From positions 31,895 through 95,894 of the forward strand of contig JBBIVB010000001.1 of the NCBI GenBank assembly GCA_037439965.1: a stretch of DNA of 64,000 nt, in the 5' to 3' direction. The position numbers and the translations under genes were made by a program. Every line of letters starts with the position of its first letter. Within the stretch, counting starts at the first letter, position 1. Of the stretch, positions 59,972 to 64,000 are shown piece by piece. The notes below the pieces were generated by a model, which worked only from the letters and a program-made list of their open reading frames with translations, was not told the DNA's origin and did no database searches. The stretch comes from Candidatus Veblenbacteria bacterium (GTDB lineage Bacteria > Patescibacteriota > Patescibacteriia > Veblenbacterales > UBA10138).

Positions 59972-61051
59972 TTAACGAATGGTAAAGATAACCGATGTTT
60001 GGTCTTGAAGATTTAAATAATAATTAAAACGTTGCTGACTTTTGCTAGCTAACTCCTGCCTTAAATTATCATTACTTAAAAGCCTTTGTAAAACATTCAC
60101 TAATTCAAGGTGGGTATCAGCATATAATCCAGCTTCACCTACTGCCTCAGGTACGCCACCTACCCTACTTGCTACCACTGGTTTGCCAAAACCCATAGCT
60201 TCTAAATACACCATACCAAAACCTTCTATATCTATTTGATTATTAAGGGGTGTTAGCACAAAGCAATCACATAAATTATACCAAGATACTAATTCTTCCT
60301 GAGATACTCTGCCTGTCATAATAACAGGCAGATTTATTTGTTTAGCTTGTTGTTCTAATTTATCATATTCTGGACCTTCGCCCACTATCACATAAACCCA
60401 ACTATGATCAGATTTAGCAACTTCGGCCAAAGCTTCTAATACCCTAGCAATTCCTTTTCTGGCAACTAACCGCGAAACTGTTAAAATTACTCGCCGCTGT
60501 TTTAAATTATATTTTTTTACCAAAGCACCTTGGATAGCAGTGGTGGATTTAGCTGGTTCTAAACATAAAGGATATAAACAATTAATTTTATTTTTAGCCA
60601 AATTAAAATCAGCTAATAAACTAATAGTAAACTGACTATTGGCTACCACTTTGGAAGCCTTTGTTAAAATTTTACCAGCCAACCATTTTTTCCACCTAGA
60701 CACTTTAGCTAACTGAACATCTAAACCATGAACTGAAACTATATATGGCACTTTAATAAAATAATTTAACAACCAAACGGCGGTACCTATTGGCAATAAA
60801 TTACCAACTAAAACTCCTTGAGCTTTGGCTATTTTTAAATATTTTGGTATTAACCATAATAAAGGCAACCATTTAGGCCAAATAACAGAGCTATAAAAAT
60901 TTTTCCGATAAATGCCGTGCTCCTCTGAACCTGGTACACAAGTTAATACAGCTAAATGCGGTTGCAAATGTTGTACCAAGCGAGCATAATAATTAGCCAC
61001 CCCTCCAGTATGAGGCAAATAATCAACTGTTACTAATAATAAACGTTCCAT
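59972..61051 (-). CDS. Glycosyltransferase family 4
   Basis: EGFGMVYLEAMGFGKPVVASRVGGVPEAVGEAGLY motif. Confidence 0.7.
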   Translation of the reverse strand: MERLLLVTVDYLPHTGGVANYYARLVQHLQPHLAVLTCVPGSEEHGIYRKNFYSSVIWPKWLPLLWLIPKYLKIAKAQGVLVGNLLPIGTAVWLLNYFIKVPYIVSVHGLDVQLAKVSRWKKWLAGKILTKASKVVANSQFTISLLADFNLAKNKINCLYPLCLEPAKSTTAIQGALVKKYNLKQRRVILTVSRLVARKGIARVLEALAEVAKSDHSWVYVIVGEGPEYDKLEQQAKQINLPVIMTGRVSQEELVSWYNLCDCFVLTPLNNQIDIEGFGMVYLEAMGFGKPVVASRVGGVPEAVGEAGLYADTHLELVNVLQRLLSNDNLRQELASKSQQRFNYYLNLQDQTSVIFTIR

Positions 61052-61054
61052 AAG

Positions 61055-62503
61055 TTAAATTTGTTGGCGTTTAAAAACTATTTTTAAAAAATCAGATAAC
61101 TCGCGGAGCGCCAACGCGCGCAACAACAAAATAGCTAAAGCATAAACTACTGCACCTATTATCACTAATAAAAAAAGATTAACTAAGGGTAATAAAATAT
61201 AAATAACTAATGACATAATCACTGCTGCCAAAAAAATCTTACCGGTTGCCCAACCTATCGCCCCAAAATCAACCTTTATCAAACTAGGTACCACTACCAA
61301 ACCCAATAGGAAATATATTATTGAACTAGCTAGAGAACTGATAGCCGCGCCCACTGCGCCATATTTGGGTATTAAAATAAAATTCATAATAATACTAACT
61401 ATCACAGTGATGGCTAAATTACTAGTGTTACGACGCTGCTTGTTACCTGCGCTTAATAGCGAGCCGACGGGAAAAGTCAAAAATAAGAAAATTAAACTTA
61501 ACATTAATATCTGCAATGGCAAAATAGAATGACCATATTTTGGATAAATAATAGGAATTACCGAGGGCGCTAAGACTATTATCCCAGTAGCCAAAGGAAA
61601 AGAAATTAAATTTAAATAGTGAATAGATTTAGCAAAGGTTTTATATAATAGCTCCTGGGAAGAAACAAAAAAGGCACTAAAACCAGCTAAAAGTGAAGCG
61701 GCGAAGGCTGAAGGAATAAATTGAAAAGCAAAAGTAATTTTATAAGCCACACTATAAAAACCAACTTCCCTATCACCTGCTAACAGAGACAATAAGACGG
61801 TATCTAAATAACTATAAATTCTTGTCAGGATTAAAGTCAAACCAAAAGGCCAGGCTAAAATTAATAAATATTTAATAACATCTTTATCAAATTTTGGCCA
61901 TAAATTAATTTCATATTTAACTTTTAATTTATACCAAGAATAAATCAAATTAACCAAACCGCCAATAATTAAGGCTAGTATCAGCCACCTTAAATCACGG
62001 CTTAATTGGAGAATAGTAAAACCAGACAAAGCTACTACTATTTGAAACAAAACCGTCCCCAAGCTTTCCCACAATAAATTTTGAAAAGCACGAATTAAAG
62101 AATAAGCCGAGAACACTAAAGAATCTAAAACCGTCATTATTGAAGCAATATAAACCAATTGTCTAGTTAATAAAGGATAATTTAATAAATTAATCAATAA
62201 AAATATCAAACCCACAGCTACTAATAAAGCTATTATTTTAAAACCGATTACATTTTGCCAATAACTTTGGGCTTTAAATTTATCTTTAGATACTTCAGTG
62301 ATTAAGACATATCCCAAACCCACATCAATCAATACTGAAAAAATAGCAGTAAAAGATAAGGTAAAAACATATTTACCAATATCTTCTGGTAAAAATATTC
62401 TAGCTAAATAAGTAAAATATAAAAACGAAATTACTTTTTGAGTAATCAATGCTAAGACAAAATATGTGGTATTGCGGGCAAGTACTCGCGGCTCTAAATA
62501 CAT
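61055..62503 (-). CDS. Wzx-like polysaccharide flippase (MOP superfamily)
   Basis: 482 aa with 12-14 predicted TM helices. Located at the head of the minus-strand GT cluster. Confidence 0.6.
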   Translation of the reverse strand: MYLEPRVLARNTTYFVLALITQKVISFLYFTYLARIFLPEDIGKYVFTLSFTAIFSVLIDVGLGYVLITEVSKDKFKAQSYWQNVIGFKIIALLVAVGLIFLLINLLNYPLLTRQLVYIASIMTVLDSLVFSAYSLIRAFQNLLWESLGTVLFQIVVALSGFTILQLSRDLRWLILALIIGGLVNLIYSWYKLKVKYEINLWPKFDKDVIKYLLILAWPFGLTLILTRIYSYLDTVLLSLLAGDREVGFYSVAYKITFAFQFIPSAFAASLLAGFSAFFVSSQELLYKTFAKSIHYLNLISFPLATGIIVLAPSVIPIIYPKYGHSILPLQILMLSLIFLFLTFPVGSLLSAGNKQRRNTSNLAITVIVSIIMNFILIPKYGAVGAAISSLASSIIYFLLGLVVVPSLIKVDFGAIGWATGKIFLAAVIMSLVIYILLPLVNLFLLVIIGAVVYALAILLLRALALRELSDFLKIVFKRQQI

Positions 62504-62935
62504 AATAATATTATATTTAAAAAAAAATATTTAATCAATAAAAAGAGTTGATTCTAGATTTTCTAAAACCAACCCTTATTGTTTTTATTTTATTGAATAC
62601 AAACGAGCCCAGGACCACGCCAGAATTTAAGCTCTAGAATATAATACCATTTCTGGTAATTTATATTTTCCAATAATAAATAATTTCTCAGTGTGCGTTC
62701 GGTATAATTTGGTACATGAAGATTATATTCTACTTTGTTTTTCATGATAATTCCAAAAAATCTATATTTGTTTTATTTTATCAAAAAATAACAAGAAAAG
62801 ATATACTTATTCCCAAAAATAGCCAGCTTGATTACTTTAGAAAATTTTCCAAAAAAATATAAGAACAATAATTGTAAATTTATAATGACAATTTTTGTAT
62901 TTAGTAACATTTTAACAATTTACAAGTTTTTAATC

Positions 62936-62962
62936 AAAACCCCGAGGTAAACTCGGAGTTTT
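62936..62962 (-). terminator. Intrinsic terminator downstream of rplM-rpsI
   Basis: AAAACCCCGAG-gtaaa-CTCGGAGTTTT. In minus sense the stem is followed by TTTTGATT. Confidence 0.5.
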
Positions 62963-63071
62963 GAAATGAATTATCTCTTTTACCATCCTCTTTCGACAAA
63001 ACTACGGAAGGATTTAACAGAAAAACTAAAACGCTTCTATCTATACAACAGGATAAGATACTAAAAGTATT

Positions 63072-63602
63072 TTATCGTTTCTGCCACTGCGGGGCACGAC
63101 GAGCACGTTTTAAACCTGGTTTTTTCCTTTCTTTTACTCTAGCATCTCTAGTTAAAAATCCCAAAGGCTTTAATATCTTCCTTAAAGACGGATCCATTAA
63201 TATTAAAGCTCTAGCAATGCCATGCCTCACGGCTTCAGCTTGACCTGATTTGCCACCACCTGCAACCTTAACACTAACTTTAACCCCACTTTCCAAACCG
63301 CTTGCTTGTAAAGGCTGGCGAACAATAAATTGGTGTTCAAAAATAGGAAAATATTGATTAAAAGGTATATTATTAATTATTATTTCACCAGTTCCGGAAT
63401 TTAAGCGAACCCTCGCTACTGCTTCTTTACGTCGACCAACTGCTACAAAATAACCAACTTGTTTAGATTTTTTAGTTTGTTCTAGTTTAATACTCTCTGA
63501 TTTGTTGATTACTGCTACCACCGGCGTTTTACTTTTTGTCTTGCGAGTTAATTTAGCCGGCTTTTTAGCTGATGATTTTTTAGTTGCTTCTTTATTAACC
63601 AT
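63072..63602 (-). CDS. rpsI: 30S ribosomal protein S9 with ~45-aa lysine-rich N-terminal extension
   Basis: GYFVAVGRRKEAVARVRL...GGGKSGQAEAVRHGIARAL...RDARVKERKKPGLKRARRAPQWQKR is canonical S9. 176 aa versus ~130 typical. Confidence 0.9.
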   Translation of the reverse strand: MVNKEATKKSSAKKPAKLTRKTKSKTPVVAVINKSESIKLEQTKKSKQVGYFVAVGRRKEAVARVRLNSGTGEIIINNIPFNQYFPIFEHQFIVRQPLQASGLESGVKVSVKVAGGGKSGQAEAVRHGIARALILMDPSLRKILKPLGFLTRDARVKERKKPGLKRARRAPQWQKR

Positions 63603-63605
63603 ATA

Positions 63606-63974
63606 TTATTTACTACTGCGATAAATTTCTAAATTTTTTATCATTTTAGCGGCTAAACGATTCTTAGGTAACATATGTCTAACAACTTTTCTAAATAATC
63701 TAACAGGATTTTTAATAAATTCTCTTTCTAAAGTAGTAATTTTTAGACCACCAGGATAACCGGAAAAATGATAATATTTTTTATTTCGGAATTTAGTTCC
63801 AGTAAAAATTAATCTATCGATATTCTCGACTTTAACTTTTATCTGTGGTAAAATATTTGGTTGAAAAAATACACTACTCTTACCGCGCAACACCGCTGCT
63901 ACCTCAGAAGCTAAACGACCAAAAACCTTACCATCAGCATCAAAAGTTACTACTATTTGTTTTCCTTTAATCAT
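63606..63974 (-). CDS. rplM: 50S ribosomal protein L13
   Basis: GRLASEVAAVLRGK and HMLPKNRL motifs. Immediately upstream of rpsI as in the conserved rplM-rpsI operon. Confidence 0.85.
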   Translation of the reverse strand: MIKGKQIVVTFDADGKVFGRLASEVAAVLRGKSSVFFQPNILPQIKVKVENIDRLIFTGTKFRNKKYYHFSGYPGGLKITTLEREFIKNPVRLFRKVVRHMLPKNRLAAKMIKNLEIYRSSK

Positions 63975-64000
63975 ATTATTTATACTAACTCAATTAAGAC

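Noticed and set aside
1201-60239. Numerous short antisense or internal ORFs listed in the track (e.g. 1201-1395, 1407-1745, 3563-3760, 4358-4645, 5018-5374, 6926-7111, 7445-7741, 11443-11685, 17010-17352, 19763-19951, 22206-22397, 24339-24527, 33312-33506, 34063-34410, 35592-35970, 39183-39383, 42401-43273, 44309-44575, 52616-52870, 56692-57045, 60042-60239)
   Set aside because: Each is fully embedded opposite or out of frame in a longer gene with clear homology. The translations are low-complexity and lack motifs. They are typical spurious ORFs of AT-rich DNA.
1-64000. CRISPR array, rRNA, tmRNA, RNase P RNA, SRP RNA
   Set aside because: I scanned the non-coding stretches (6216-6671, 29229-29778, 46060-46514, 53946-54494, 62504-63071 and others). 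I looked for regularly spaced identical repeats and for conserved cores such as GGTTCGAATCC-type T-loops beyond the three tRNAs, RNase P GGAAAGTCCGG/AGGGTGAAA boxes, and the SRP domain IV motif. None were found.

Overview
This 64 kb window is low-GC and reads like a streamlined, reduced bacterial genome. Gene content and synteny are consistent with a Patescibacteria/CPR-like organism (inference). The standard genetic code is in use, because TGA serves as a stop codon in ATGA start/stop overlaps between adjacent genes.

Most of the window is housekeeping and cell-envelope genes:
- gltX, serS, lysS and a short proS
- lepA, fmt-def-priA, frr, rseP, holB, greA, rplM-rpsI
- murJ, ftsEX, an M23 peptidase, alr-ddl-ftsQ, mreB-mreC-mreD-mrdA

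There are two polysaccharide-biosynthesis clusters:
- 1..6215 on +: 5'-truncated sugar transferase, three GT4, a DUF4012-like protein
- 51844..62503 on -: three GT4-type glycosyltransferases, a second MreB paralog, three GT2, a Wzy-like membrane protein, a Wzx-like flippase

There are three tRNA genes: Thr-CGT and Gly-CCC on the minus strand, and Gln-TTG on the plus strand.

The most unusual content is:
1. A tRNA-Gln-anchored islet at about 14.0-18.3 kb. It holds a direct-repeat array, a Nudix remnant, a GC-richer gene for a cohesin/dockerin-like protein ending in a T9SS-type C-terminal sorting domain, an HtrA-like protease and a TspO pseudogene.
2. A 2.8 kb patch of decayed PEP-utilizing-enzyme genes inserted between rseP and proS.
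3. A PriA homolog whose Walker A and Walker B helicase motifs are degenerate.
4. A 456 bp symmetric-element-rich leader upstream of murJ.
5. A diverged duplication of the 5' end of an HD-domain gene.

No CRISPR arrays, rRNA genes or recognisable IS elements were found.
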